Assembly: GCA_051294905.1 (NCBI GenBank)
Contig: CM119371.1
Span: forward strand, 1,676,001-1,740,000
Length of the DNA: 64,000 nucleotides
Origin: Botryllus schlosseri
Taxonomy: Eukaryota
Reading direction: 5' to 3'
Shown here: in pieces, positions 51,601 through 64,000 of the stretch
Layout: each line of letters opens with the position of its first letter
Numbering within the stretch: the first letter of the stretch is position 1
Position numbers and translations under genes: made by a program
Notes under the pieces: generated by a model
What the model was told of the DNA's origin: nothing
Database searches by the model: none
What the model saw: only the letters and a program-made list of their open reading frames with translations

Positions 51601-52832
51601 GTCAACTGCATGGTTAAAGCCAGACTTGTACAAATCACCAATCTAGTTCAACAGTTCTAGATGAGGATCTCAAATGTGAGTAGTTCTAGTTCTAGCTGCG
51701 GATTTTATAAAGTGAGCAGTTCTAGTTGTGCACCTTAAAAATAATTCAGTCGTGAAACAACCATAAAGCAGATTTTATTGTTAGGTGTTTTCTTGTGTTA
51801 TGGTCTTGCAGCCCTCACTATGTCAGAGTCATAGCTTCTGACTGTGGTGTAACCAGGGGTGGGTTTTATGGGTACAACCGCCTCTCATTTCAAGCTCAAA
51901 ACACCTGCCTTTAGAAATGCCGGTTCTATCTCCAATATTTCTCAGCTCATTTGCAATTCAGTAGTTTCATTTATTTATAGTTATTAGCTGTTTTAATTAG
52001 GATTGTTAAGGTTGTTGTTTATAGATTAGTTGAAGATGTGAGCTTTGCAACGTCAATACAAATTTTGCAAATCCTATAGCTTGTACTTAGTTCAATTGCA
52101 GCACTGGAATAGTGGATCAAAATTGATCATGGACGCAACTGCATACGTTTTCTACACCATTAAGCACGTTGACACAAATTGTCCCATCTCAAGAGGTTTT
52201 GAATTGGATGGAAGAACACCTGTTGTACATTTCCGACGGCGGAGTTGATGGAGATCTGAATAAACAAGATGACAAAAACGTGGAAACAACGCATTCAAAC
52301 ACACCAGTACATCCGGGAGTTGTACAATGTACAGGCACCTGATGACTATACAACTAATAGGGAGGGTAATATACTGACACAACAGTAGGAGATCTTGACC
52401 TGGGGTCTATATATCCTTTGATGGTGTAGACCTACACATATTACCGTAGTTGAAGGGCCATGGAAGGCCAATGTTTAAAAGAGAATAATAGGCTATATTG
52501 TCCTTTATAACATCTGTTCTCATTGCAGACAGACATATTTATTTTGTTTCATTTTTGGCGCTCACAACAGTTCGCAAGCAAAAGTGACGAGCATTTATTA
52601 GTAATCAGGGGCCATCATTAGGAGTGGGCAGAAGAGATGAAATTTCGTTTGTAGTCATCGGGATACCAAATCCCCTTGAAGTGTTTTTACCGAAAATGTT
52701 CCTAAAAATCAAGCTCTCAAAAAATGAACAAGGCGATTATTAGGGCCCCAAATTCCACCATTGTATACTAGGAGTTGGTTTACTTACATCAGACGTGGTC
52801 ATGATCAACGACAAAGTATTTCAACTTTTTGT

Positions 52833-53311
52833 CAGGGCTGTAATCAAGTCACATGGTTCCGAGTCATAAGCCATTCTCACTTTTATAGTTTCGACTCGAG
52901 TCAAGTTGATTCGTTTTCAATTCACCGCCGAGTCAAGTCCAAGTCAGCGAGCAGAGGGTCGAGTCCGAGTCATGGTAACATGCACTTTCCAGTTGAAGTC
53001 TTGTTTAATCCACTTTTTATGACTGTTCGGTGATATCGAGCGGTTCGCATTTATAATATACTCATTTTTCTCACTTTTAACAGTTTCTGGTCGCATTTTC
53101 AAGACCCGCTAACAACAGATGAAATACCAACAATGTGGTTACTTTACTATTTTTCGAAATTACAATGAAATGTCGGTCTTTGCAGCCCGAGTCTCAAGTG
53201 ATATGACTTGAACTCGAGTCATTTCCGTATTTTGAGAAAATGACTTGAATCAAGTCGAGTCATCAGAAAAACGCGACTCAAATCGAGTCATGACTCGATT
53301 CATTACAACCC
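52833..53311. mobile_element. GACTCGAGTC-family MITE
   Basis: CAGGGCTGTAATC...CATTACAACCC; colinear with 771-1353. Confidence 0.9.
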
Positions 53312-54074
53312 GTTGCACGCCAAATTTGCCTCAATTCCAACCAGCATTTCGTTCATATTGTGGATTTCGCACTGTCAGTAAACTTTTCATTTGACATTTT
53401 ACCGCTTGTAGCCTACTTTATAGGTCTACCGTTGTAGACGGCCCATTGTCTAGTCATTGTGAATAATAAACATTCAATTGAAACAAATAGGTCGACATGA
53501 TGGTATGCTCAACGTACCGCAATATCCTAACTTAAGCAAGTCTGAGTGGGCATTGCATGGTTCTTATATCAAGAAGGGTTGTACTACTACACATTTTAAT
53601 TATTTCTACCATAATGCGCAGTGCAACTACTGCAATTTTTCATAGGGCCAGATTTTGGTCAAATGAGTCTTTTCATGTAAAAATTTGTGAGTTATTGTGG
53701 CGGAAAAGTATTTACAGGCCAAACTACTCAGTCAGGACAGACAGTCCCAACCATGAGTTAAGATAAGTAGTAGCCCACAGTTCTAACGTAATGTGGGAAA
53801 CACCTAATTTGCATATGTTACGTCAAATTTGATCAAAATTAATATTTTTAGGTCAAAAAATATCAAAATTTTGATTATTTAGGTCAACATCTTGCATTTT
53901 TTAGGTACTAAATGTCAACTTAGTTAAAGCCATACATGTCATCAAACTCTCCGTCGGGATTGCCAGCATTCTGATTGCATTTGTGATATGACGATAAAGG
54001 GGGGGGGGGGAGGAGTGAAATTTTTCACTATCAAAAGGGGAGCGTGTCAAAAAAACTTTAAGAACAGCCGTTCT

Positions 54075-54530
54075 AGATCTAATTGAAGTTGCAAATTTAG
54101 CGAAACGAGTACAGATTTTGGAAACCCAGTAGTTTGGAAAAGTCTGGTTACGGTGCCGGAGTAGTGATTTGCAATTACGTTAGATATGAACGAGTTCACC
54201 TACGTTTTCCTTACCACTCAGTGAGTCGATACCATTGCCCACTTTGTCAAAGGCGAGGTCTTGAATTGGACGAGAGCATGTCCAATGCCGATGGTGGAAT
54301 CGCTGGCGATCTGAATAGAAGATGTCCAAAATGTAATAGCAACGTATTGAAATATATGAATATGTGTCGGGAAATCATTTACCATTGTACATGTATCTGA
54401 GATCTGATGACCATACATACAACACACTTTATATCAATAAAGAAGCATCGAGTTTCTCAATAAATTCAGCTTTTTGATAATTGCTTTTGGCTTCCCTACA
54501 CTTGCAACAAGCAAATTTTGAGTTCAGTTC
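54075..54530 (-). pseudogene. Decayed paralogue of family A (duplicate of 29000-29450)
   Basis: High nucleotide similarity to 29000-29450, including the adjoining TE junction. Confidence 0.5.
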
Positions 54531-57500
54531 AGTGGTCGGCAACCTCAAGCAGGGCCGTCGTAAATTTTCCTGGCGTCGCCATGACTCAACATATCTATCA
54601 CTGTTTCAATTCAATAGTGAAAATTGGCTAATAGTTTAATGTTCTTGTTCTATACTTAGTTTAGTTCCAGTATGTAGACGTGCGGCACTAGCTCTCAACG
54701 GATGATATTCAGTCAGGTGGATTTCTGTCTAAAGCAATCTTAAAATGGCCTTCACTTTATCATATTTGTCAGTTGGTCCGACTGATACTGAGAACCGTTG
54801 ATTATTGAGGCAAAGCTATCAATAGCGGCAAGTCTCAAGCTGTGATATGCAAGCGTGTTTGTGAAAGCACAGCCTGTCCTAGTGGCCTGGCGGACAATGC
54901 TGAGATGAGTCGAGTCATGACTCGAGTGGAGTCATACTTGAGTCACATTTTTCGTATGACCTGACTCACTTTGCAGAAACGACTTGACTTGACATGGCGT
55001 TTCAGAAATGCGGATTGACTCGTGAGTCGAAGCAAAATTGACGAGTCAATTTCAAGTCATCACGAAATCGATGTCGCTAAAAATCACTGTATACTAAAAA
55101 ATTGTCTCTGATTGTTCTCGCTACGCTTCATTCAATGATTTTGCGTCTTATTGAACGTCCATTATTCTATTACAAATACATTGACCGCTTACTGCCTTAC
55201 AGCGTACGTTGTCGGGTCGCAGTAGTAAAGTAATATAATAACAAGGTGTCTATCTCTGTTCCATAGACTGTTCAGTGTTCATTGGTGCTAGGTGATCACC
55301 TTAACCAAATCTCTTGTATGATCTAATATTCTAAATTGAATTCGAATATAGTTCACAAGTCTATATTACTAGTCAAGCATTGGCGTAGGCTAACTTTGTA
55401 TTTCATGGCTATGTATTATGTCAAGTATCATATCAATTCGTTTCCGCTATCTTAGATTTCGTGTTCTATTCTCTGTTTTGGTTGATAAATTGAAGACAGC
55501 GGGTAAACAACGGTTACATAGTTTAATAGTACTATGCATTCGGGAGCTACGCAATGCATAATTGAATGTGTATTTACCTCTATATTTATCCTTCTATTTA
55601 AAATAAATGAATCTGAATTTCGAACAGCTAGCGAAATGCAATGTGATGCCTTGTACTCCAAAAAGACAATTTGACTCGAATTGTGACTCGATTTGACTCG
55701 ATTCACCTTGAAAAATGGAGTGACCTGACTTGACTCGAGTCAAAATGTGCAATGAATCCAGATGACTATTGACTTGAAAGTAGCGACTTGATCCCAACAC
55801 TGCCATCAGAAGAGAGAGACATGTCATATTTTGCATCATTAACCAATGGCTCAGCAACTACATGATACTACAATAGAGTAGTGCAAGACACAGATGGATA
55901 GCTTCTCGCAGCATAGAGGCAACTATAATGGAACATGGCGGTATTGAAAAATCATTTACTTGCAGTCCCATTATGGTAGTTTTCGGAAGAAAATGGCTAC
56001 AACCTAAAATTTTATCACCATTTTATGTTTAATTTGATACAGCATCATTTTAGAGCGCAGTGACCCTTGAAATGAATATTTGGAATATTTTTGTACGACA
56101 ACATTTCTCAATAGCTGGTGCTTCAGCAATACTTGAACATTATCTGCGTATCGGAAAACAAAATGAGGTCGCATGTAAATGCTGGTTTTATTTTATTTCG
56201 TTTTAATTCTGGTCACGTAGTAAGAAGCTGCCGACAGGTGGTCTAGAGTAGGCCAACCCAACAATACTGACAGTTTGTTTTGCTGAATATTAGACCGCGC
56301 ATACCTGATCGTAAAAGACCGTCCCTGCCGAGATACAAATTCCTCTTGCCATCCTTCTCCTTGGTGTACTTCTTCTATTGATTTATCATCCTTTTCACGT
56401 CTGCTCACAGCTTGATTAACTCGAATCTCATTCCCGTCCAGGTTGTTGCCCTACAATAGTAGTCACAAAGTCACAATTATGTTGACGGACAGACCCGTAC
56501 AATATGGACGACATTTTTTAAATTTCATCCGCTTGATTGTCAAATCGTCAAGTTATCTTAAAAAAACATGCCAACCAGTAGATGTCGAGGTCATTAAAAT
56601 TGAAATTTTGCTCATTTTTTATATAATAGTATTTACGATGAAAACTTCATTCAAAATGGACACCGGTAGCTATATCTACTCAGCTATAGCCTTTCACAAG
56701 GTGATGAGTCGAATTTCATCAAAATCTGCAACTCGATGGAGACCACATCTGTTTTTGGTTCATTTGACATGAAATTACATAAATACATCAGTTACCTAAT
56801 GTCACAAACAATCCAGTAAGTTGACTTGATCATGACTCAAGGTTGAACTTAATCAGACTTGCAGCATCATTTTACATTCAGTAATTCCATTCTCGAGCGA
56901 GGCAGGAACGAGCGATCGATACTCCATGGAAACTTGAAAATCATGTTTGATAGAAGCTGTAAGCCAATATGGAATTTGCTTCTCGTGCAGACTAAAGACT
57001 CTACTGAATACACACAGGTGTGAAGCGAGGCGCTGAGAACCGTCTTGGCACACCAAACATGTCACGCTAAACGTATCAGGATTCCATTTTCGAGCATATT
57101 GATTGAATACATTAACACTTCTTTCTTTCCGAGGGCGATTTCCAGAGTCCGGGGTTATACCGGTATCGACTATCAAGCCATATCAGACCAAACCTTTCGT
57201 AACACACTGATGTAGCCAGAGGCCATCACAATTTCGAGTTGGTAACCTCTATTCCTATCAATATACCAAGACTGTACTTTTGTATGTAAGCACAGCAGAA
57301 GCGCGAAACGGTATGCCAATAAAGCACTGGTCTACAATCAATCAACATCAAGTAGCTATAGCAGAGGTTCTCAACCCGCGGCCCGCGGGCGGCATGCGGC
57401 CCGCAGACGATTATTTTGCGGCCCGCGACATCTTTCATTATGAACGCAATTACTACTGGTACAGTATTGCTATGTAAGACCGAAGTGTCATATCTGTCGA

Positions 57501-57808
57501 AGAACAGTTGTTGTAACGAAGCTAGAAGCTTAAAATGATACCGCAATAGCTTCTTGTGGAGTTAGACATTATCACCTGATGTTAATGAAAACGTTGCTAG
57601 TTAGGTGTCAAGCACAGCAATCCACATTTCCAGCCATTGTTAAAATTACCGACGGCGTTACAGACGCATTGTTCAAAATTGCTTGGAACATCTCCGAACC
57701 CAAGAATATGCTAGAGGAGATGTGACTTCAATAAAATTTCAAGGGAACCGTGCGTATATTCGCTGTTTCCGAAATTGAACAGCAAGGCCAACATCACCTG
57801 ACAAATTC

Positions 57809-57960
57809 ATCATCCGCGTAAGCGGTGTCTTACAAAAAGCCGATAGAGGTGGGCCGTGCTATAAGTCGGCAGTTACGAAAAATAATGAACAATATCGGCC
57901 TGGTGTAAATGATCATAGTAGTCGACAAACTCCATGAATACCACAAAACAAACAAACAAA
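57809..57960 (+). mobile_element. 5'-truncated retroposon with (CAAA)n tail
   Basis: Perfect 12-bp TSD CCTGACAAATTC (57797-57808 / 57961-57972). Confidence 0.85.
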
Positions 57961-58164
57961 CCTGACAAATTCCGAAGCTAATGTTGTGTGATTCAACCGG
58001 CACCAAAAGATTAACAGCAGTGTCCGTCGAATTTTAATCGCTACTTCTTAAACACGTTGCTATACGTAGGCTATAATTTAACCTAGCAGTGGTCGAATCC
58101 ATCTACTTGACACACATTGCCTAGCTAATTATCCAGGTGCATTTTATTACACTGGGCATATTAC

Positions 58165-58424
58165 TGGAAGGAGAGAGAGAGATATGAAATTCTTTTTCGC
58201 CTCCACCATCGAGATGCTTTGACGACGGAGTTGCGATATGGCCGTCAGGACATCTAGTCTTTGCCCCAGTTTTTTTTCTCCTCCATGCTATCCGTGATTG
58301 CTGAGCAACTAGCAGGATAGCTGCGGACACCAATTTTCGAGACTTTGGTATGACTCAGCCGGGGATCAAATCCACGACCTACCGATCGAGGAGCCGGACG
58401 CATAGCCATTACACTATCTCGCTC
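58165..58424 (-). mobile_element. tRNA-derived SINE, related head and core but different 3' tail
   Basis: GAGATAGTGTAATGG...GATCGGTAGGTCGTGGATTTGATCCCCGG...GTCATACCAAAG...CCTGCT...GGATAGCATGGAG; (TC)n tail. Confidence 0.85.
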
Positions 58425-59047
58425 GAAAGGAAATGCTGACTGGGCAAACTTGGGAAGGGGACCAATGAAAAACATTAACTTGACAAAGCTGACTTCTGTA
58501 ACGATTGGTGCAGCGCTCCGGCCATGGAAGAAAGGGAGAAGGGCTGATTTGCTTGCTCCGAGATTAGCCCAAACGTCTGACCTCTCGTATCACTGAGAGC
58601 TCAAAGTGATAATGGCCTCTGTAACGAAGAAGTTACCGTAATTTTATACTTGCTCGCTCCCGCATTGAAACAGAGAGTTCGGTTCTCTGGTGCAAGGGTT
58701 TGGAGGTGCATATACCGACTTCGCAACGAATGCAATGCACGCTCCATGAAGGGACCTGGTTGCTCCGCTGGAGGATAGATATTCTCACACACAAAAAAAC
58801 AGCAACTGTAAACTTACGAACGCTGTCCATTAATGCTTTAGAATGCATAACAGTGTACGAAATACCCATGTAAGACTGGTAAATAGGCTACAGTATCCCA
58901 AATCTAATAGTAGCCGATAAATACATGGTGATAATGTTTTGCGGCCCGCAGCGTCTTCTGCTGTTAAAATGCGGCCCGTTATACGAGCGAAGTTGAGAAC
59001 CCCTGAGCTATAGGTTAGGTTTGCGCATTCGCCCATTCGGCATCGTG

Positions 59048-59075
59048 GAGAGAGAGAGAGAGAGAGAATTTATTC
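59048..59075 (-). repeat. (GA)n microsatellite abutting ATTTATTC, possibly a non-LTR element 3' tail
   Basis: Minus strand reads GAATAAATT(CT)n. Confidence 0.5.
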
Positions 59076-62000
59076 GGTCCATGAACATTGATAATACCCA
59101 GATAGATAAATACAAAGCAAAGTATATATAACTTAACACATAATATAACACATTTGCAAGCAAAAAATATAACATATTCACAATGTATCAGAAACAGATG
59201 AAAAACTAAGTGGTATCACACTATATAGGTAACCTAAATAGACGAGATAACATAATGGCACTGGCTGCAAGAACACAAACTAGGCAAAGAGATGCTGATT
59301 GACGAATTTATAAAGAATAAAGACGTGGAGATCCATCTATTCTTTCCAATGATATATATGCAATGATTGGAAACTGCCACGCCCCTTAACGCTACAAGAT
59401 AGGTTCCCGGCGAAATCAGTCCGTCGCGGGATATGCTTGAGCAGAGGTACGGGATTGTGTATGTCGACTGAGGTGAAGTGCTGCAATCGACCTTGCTGGC
59501 GTACTAATTCACAGATTTTCCCCCAATCGGTTTAGTTTTTGTTGGTTTCTTGAGCATAGTGCGGCAGTGCTGCATACTAGGATGTAACATAACTTTTAAC
59601 AATGCACATTTATCAAAGTACCAACTAAGCTGCGAGGCATTTTAGCATCGGTTGCAACCATGCATGTACAACACAGCCTAAAAAATTAATAGATACCGTG
59701 GATGAGCGTCAATATAGATGTACAGAACCTAGAAGGATTGTTAAAAGAGGATTTGAAAATTTTCTGGCAGCATTTACGTCACCGGATTTTTTTAAAGAGA
59801 AGGGTTGATTACGATATTTGTGTGAGCAACTAAGGTATTTTAAATAGTATATATTGTAATATTGTGGGGTCGAATTCAGCAAGCGCCGAGTTCACTGTCA
59901 ACCATAGTATCAATATATTGATTGTACCTTCATAATATAAAATCGAAACTAACAGAAAACTATCATTGTACTGATTGCTAAAATGCTAACATATATAACT
60001 TTTTACCGGGTCAGGCCGTTAAATCCACATCAATGGTAAGAATCGGCCTTGTACCAAACAATATTCATTCGGCAAAACAATGCACTGATAATCACTCCAT
60101 AGTTGGTATTGTTCCCATCGACCTGGTGTGGTCTGTCGTACTCCTCTCAATAGTTTAATCTTTCACACCGGGGTGTCCGAAAACGTGTACCAATGCCCAT
60201 TTATTCAAAATATACCTGGTAAACGTTTTGGCACTTCTTCGATATAAACTACACGTTGTGAAGTGTTCCCCATGAATTGCCTGTAAACCTTGAAAATTTT
60301 ACAAGGACTACTCGTTAAGATTGATAGCTGGAAGGATTGTACAAAATAGATGATTTATGCATTAGCGAGCAACATTCTATGGCGTCTTATTCATTGAAAG
60401 GTTAGGAAATGATTTTGTAACCTTCATCATTGTATAGTGTGTACGTCAATAGTATTTTATGTGAAATCTTCATAACTTTTCGCTATTTGCATCACGCTTT
60501 ATGACCTGAGCATGAGCATCAACTTGCATTTGTATGTACTGCTGCCTGAAATACCCAGGTTATTTTTCAGCATTGTAACTCCACAATCCTCCAATGCAAA
60601 ATCTCTCTCTTGAATATGCTCATTGCTCAATGCTCATATATATTGCATATGCGTTAATACGGCTTGAATATTTACCTTGATTTCAATTGTAGTTGACTGG
60701 CAAAACTGTGACATAACAAATCCCCATTCTGTAAATGTCTAATGCATAAATTTTTTTACAGGACCGTTATTAACATTTTTTTAAAATTATAGTCCATTCT
60801 AACTTTCAAGAAAAGATTGTTCGTGTATTGAAACAGCCGCAAAGTAACCTACAACCGCGAGGAAATTGAAAAGAATTTATGGATCTTAATAAAAGTGCAA
60901 ATCATTATCTAATGGGATTCTGACACGTCCGGCATTCCGTGAGAAGCAACCATGTCATGTTCCACTCTGCTTCAGACATTGAGATACTTGCAAAGATTGT
61001 AGTCAAAATGGTGTTGGATTGTTGGATTGGTGTCGGATTGGATTGATACTCATTGGATCGATTGATGCAGAGAAAAATAGTCTTGCTGAAAGACTATGCA
61101 TATTATTCAAGTGCGAGAGGTGAGGAGATGGACACTACAATGCAATCTGTGGATAATTTCGTGTGCTTTGTGAATATGACAACCAAGTTCAGCTACAACT
61201 GCCATTTAAAGCCATATTGCATTACAGATATTATTGCTTCACTTTTACTAGCTGGAAAAAGATATGCCGCTACTGCAAAACTTGAGATATTCTTATGCCG
61301 CAGAAACAGCAACGAAATTCGTGAGCAGGGAAGCTTATCAAAGAGACAAGAAAACAACAACAATGATAAATTTGATATGGACATTTTTGCCAATCCATCG
61401 AGCAGACTACCTCATTGTCACCAAGAGATTGAGTCTTGATCCGTTATTGGAATCGTTTTTAGCCTGATCATGAAATCTGGCCGCACCTGCGATATGGTAA
61501 TTTTCAAAGAATAATTGATTTCCAAAGAGGCCTGAAACATCCTAGTGTTCGAATGCCATGGTACTTAATGCTTCAATGCCCTCCGATGCTCAACGTCATG
61601 TAAAATCGCTGCTCTACAATCCAACTGCAGTTCTGTTATTGTCATTAAAAGAGAATAAGAAAGCTCGAAAAAATAACATTTGAGAATATATATTTTTGTT
61701 ACGTGACAAGAAACATTGACGTTATCAACTATTAGGCACAGTTATTCGATTGTTCATAATAGCACAGCACAGTTTCATAAATTACAACAAAAATAGATGC
61801 ACACAGTACATTTATCGAATGGCTTAAAGATAGGTTATATCTGATATTGTGATTTGCATAAACATGAAAATCCCTTTTTGCTATATATTGACTTGACTTA
61901 AATGCTTTCCGTTGACTAGGATTTTGGTTCTTGTTATTCTGAATTTAGATGACAACAAGTCTGACATAATACCAAAAGTTGTTTATGCAGTTTTCAAGTG

Positions 62001-63955
62001 TTATAGTAAATGAAATATCTATACACTGTATAAAATTCTCAAAAGATATTATGGTATTGGTATCCTCATTGAAATTTAGTCACGACTAGTATCAGCGCAT
62101 TCAGGACTCCATGAAGAGTTGAGGTATTTAAGCTGGTCAAAATCCTGTTTCTGTAATACCCATCCAGTGACACATTGTTATGACGCTCAGATTCGATCAA
62201 CTTCTTCCATGATCACCTCGGCCGTTGAGGGAATAGATGGTGACGTGTAAGTTCGGAAATTTGTTGAGTGAAGGGGATTGTTGGACAGCCTCTATTCCGT
62301 CCCATTCTTCGAAGTCACCATCTTGCAAGTCAACTATGATTGTAAGAGTTGACAAACTGGACATGGACAATATTACAATTAAATGACTATACAAAGTTTA
62401 TGCTGTGAACAATCATTTATATATCATTGGCTGTGCACAAGTCTATCAAACCTGAAATGGACAGTGGCAGGAAGTTTCTACCTATTATGGGTCGCTCTTG
62501 CGCACACACACACTTCTAATATATACCATCATATCATGGAAAATTGTACTCATGAAGTAGTTCGAAAAAGTAGGTTAGGACCAGATTTTGCAAAGGTTTG
62601 TAGGTCAATTGGATATTGAAATCGACTTTTTGAAGCAGAAAATGAACGGTCTGAAAAGTACTCAAGTAGTATCAAGAAATGAGTTAGACTATACAATGTA
62701 TACATCCGTTAGTCAATTGTATACTGTATCTACAAGCTGCTGACGATTACTTGCAAGCATATTTTCTGTACCTCCATCACTGCTGTGTGTTATGTATTTT
62801 GATTGGATGAAAATGAAGACTCTCTACTCCTGATAAGTATCAAACAAAAATATGTTTCTATTTATTGAATTGTATGTAGGAGCATTCGAATCACAAGTTG
62901 AATCTCCGTAACAAAGGAATAATGACTATTATTACTTCAAAAACGTGATGCTTTTTGCGATATCCTCAAGTAGGTTTTGCCTACTTTCACAACTTCAGAA
63001 GGCCCGACTTCAGAGTCAGTTTTAGAGCCTGCCTGAATTGACTTGAAAAATTTAGAAATGACTTCGTGACTTGATTAAAAATTTGCAATGACTTGAAAAT
63101 AGTGACCTGATCCCAACTCTACCTCGTACTATGAAGTATCCACCGGTATTTGATACTGCGAGACCACCTCCGGTCGCAATGTTCATCGTATAGGCACACT
63201 GGTACATCAGTTTCGTCTGAATATTAAGGCATGCTACTGGTATTGGCCAAAACCTGTACAGTATGAACACATTTCACCTGCAACAGAGGTCTCGATGAAA
63301 AACTTTTCACTACGTTAACGCCAGTTCCTGAAGAAAGATTGCTGGCGAACCATTTGTTTAGATCGATTTCATACCGCTGGTGAAGCATGACTCGCGACGC
63401 GCTCAAATGCAGAGCTCACTGGAGTTTCCAATCATTGTATATATATCATTGATTCTTCCTAAATTCAGTTGTAAAACCTTACCATGTCACTCTTTTTCGC
63501 CTTATCCAGAAATATAGGTGAGTCAGCCTTAAACATATTAGCTATATCTCCAACGCCCGATCGAATTAAAACTGATATTAGAACACTCAATCAGCAGATT
63601 TCATTCCATGTTTTGACTCAGAGCCATTGATGCACGTGAGACATTAGCTCCACCACGCGGAAGAACAAAAGGCGTCAAATCGATAACACTCAATCACTCA
63701 TGCAGTTCGATATTACATTTCCTTCATAATTTTGTTTTGTCATCTCTCCAAATTTTATTCTCCTGTACATATCGATGTTATCGGATCAGTCGATAAAGCT
63801 CACATTTAAATAGGGCACGTATTATAAACATTTAAAAGAACTAAACTGCTATAAAGGTGAGGAGCCATCGATGCATGACGTCCTTGGATATCAAGGAGAC
63901 CTCTTGCCGTGCCTAGTAACCGCCACTGTATATATCGTTTGCACTTGCCGTATGC

Positions 63956-64000
63956 CAGGGGCGGGCAACTTCTCCGGTCGGTGAGTCGGATATGGGAAAA
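63956..64000. mobile_element. Left end of a GCGGGCC-family MITE (runs off the window)
   Basis: CAGGGGCGGGCAACTTCTCC...CGGATATGGGAAAA matches 17598 and 10938. Confidence 0.85.

Larger units (their letters stand above)
57362..59005. mobile_element. Buster-like hAT derivative (GCGGCCCG repeats) with two retro-insertions
   Basis: CAGAGGTTCTCAAC...GTTGAGAACCCCTG; perfect TSD AGCTATAG. Confidence 0.9.

Noticed and set aside
54134..54400. Plus-strand ORF with CxxC pairs suggesting a zinc finger
   Set aside because: Paralogous copies have stops or frameshifts in this frame and do not conserve the cysteines; it is probably antisense to family A
60019..61439. TGA recoding (Trp or selenocysteine) or a mitochondrial insertion
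   Set aside because: TAA/TAG stops and frameshifts also occur nearby, no mitochondrial gene is recognisable, and TGG>TGA or CGA>TGA decay explains the stops

Overview
AT-rich eukaryotic (animal, probably marine invertebrate; taxon not determinable from sequence alone) genomic DNA dominated by DNA transposons. Most are hAT-type MITEs and deletion derivatives with terminal inverted repeats (TIRs) and 8-bp target-site duplications (TSDs), often nested up to four deep. There are also tRNA-derived SINEs, a Ty1/copia RT-RNaseH plus 3' LTR remnant, and decayed Sola2-like and Charlie/Buster-type transposases. No intact, recognisable host gene was found. Between the repeats lie decayed protein-coding remnants. 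These are: an apparently intronless ZU5-UPA-death-domain (UNC5CL-like) reading frame inside a 7.1-kb CCCAG...CTGGG element with a 2-bp TSD; a spliced 'MAEGG' gene start whose first donor is GT>AT; two F-box-like N-termini; and about eight paralogous fragments of an unidentified gene family spread by local duplication. All domain assignments are by-eye motif comparisons and need HMM confirmation.
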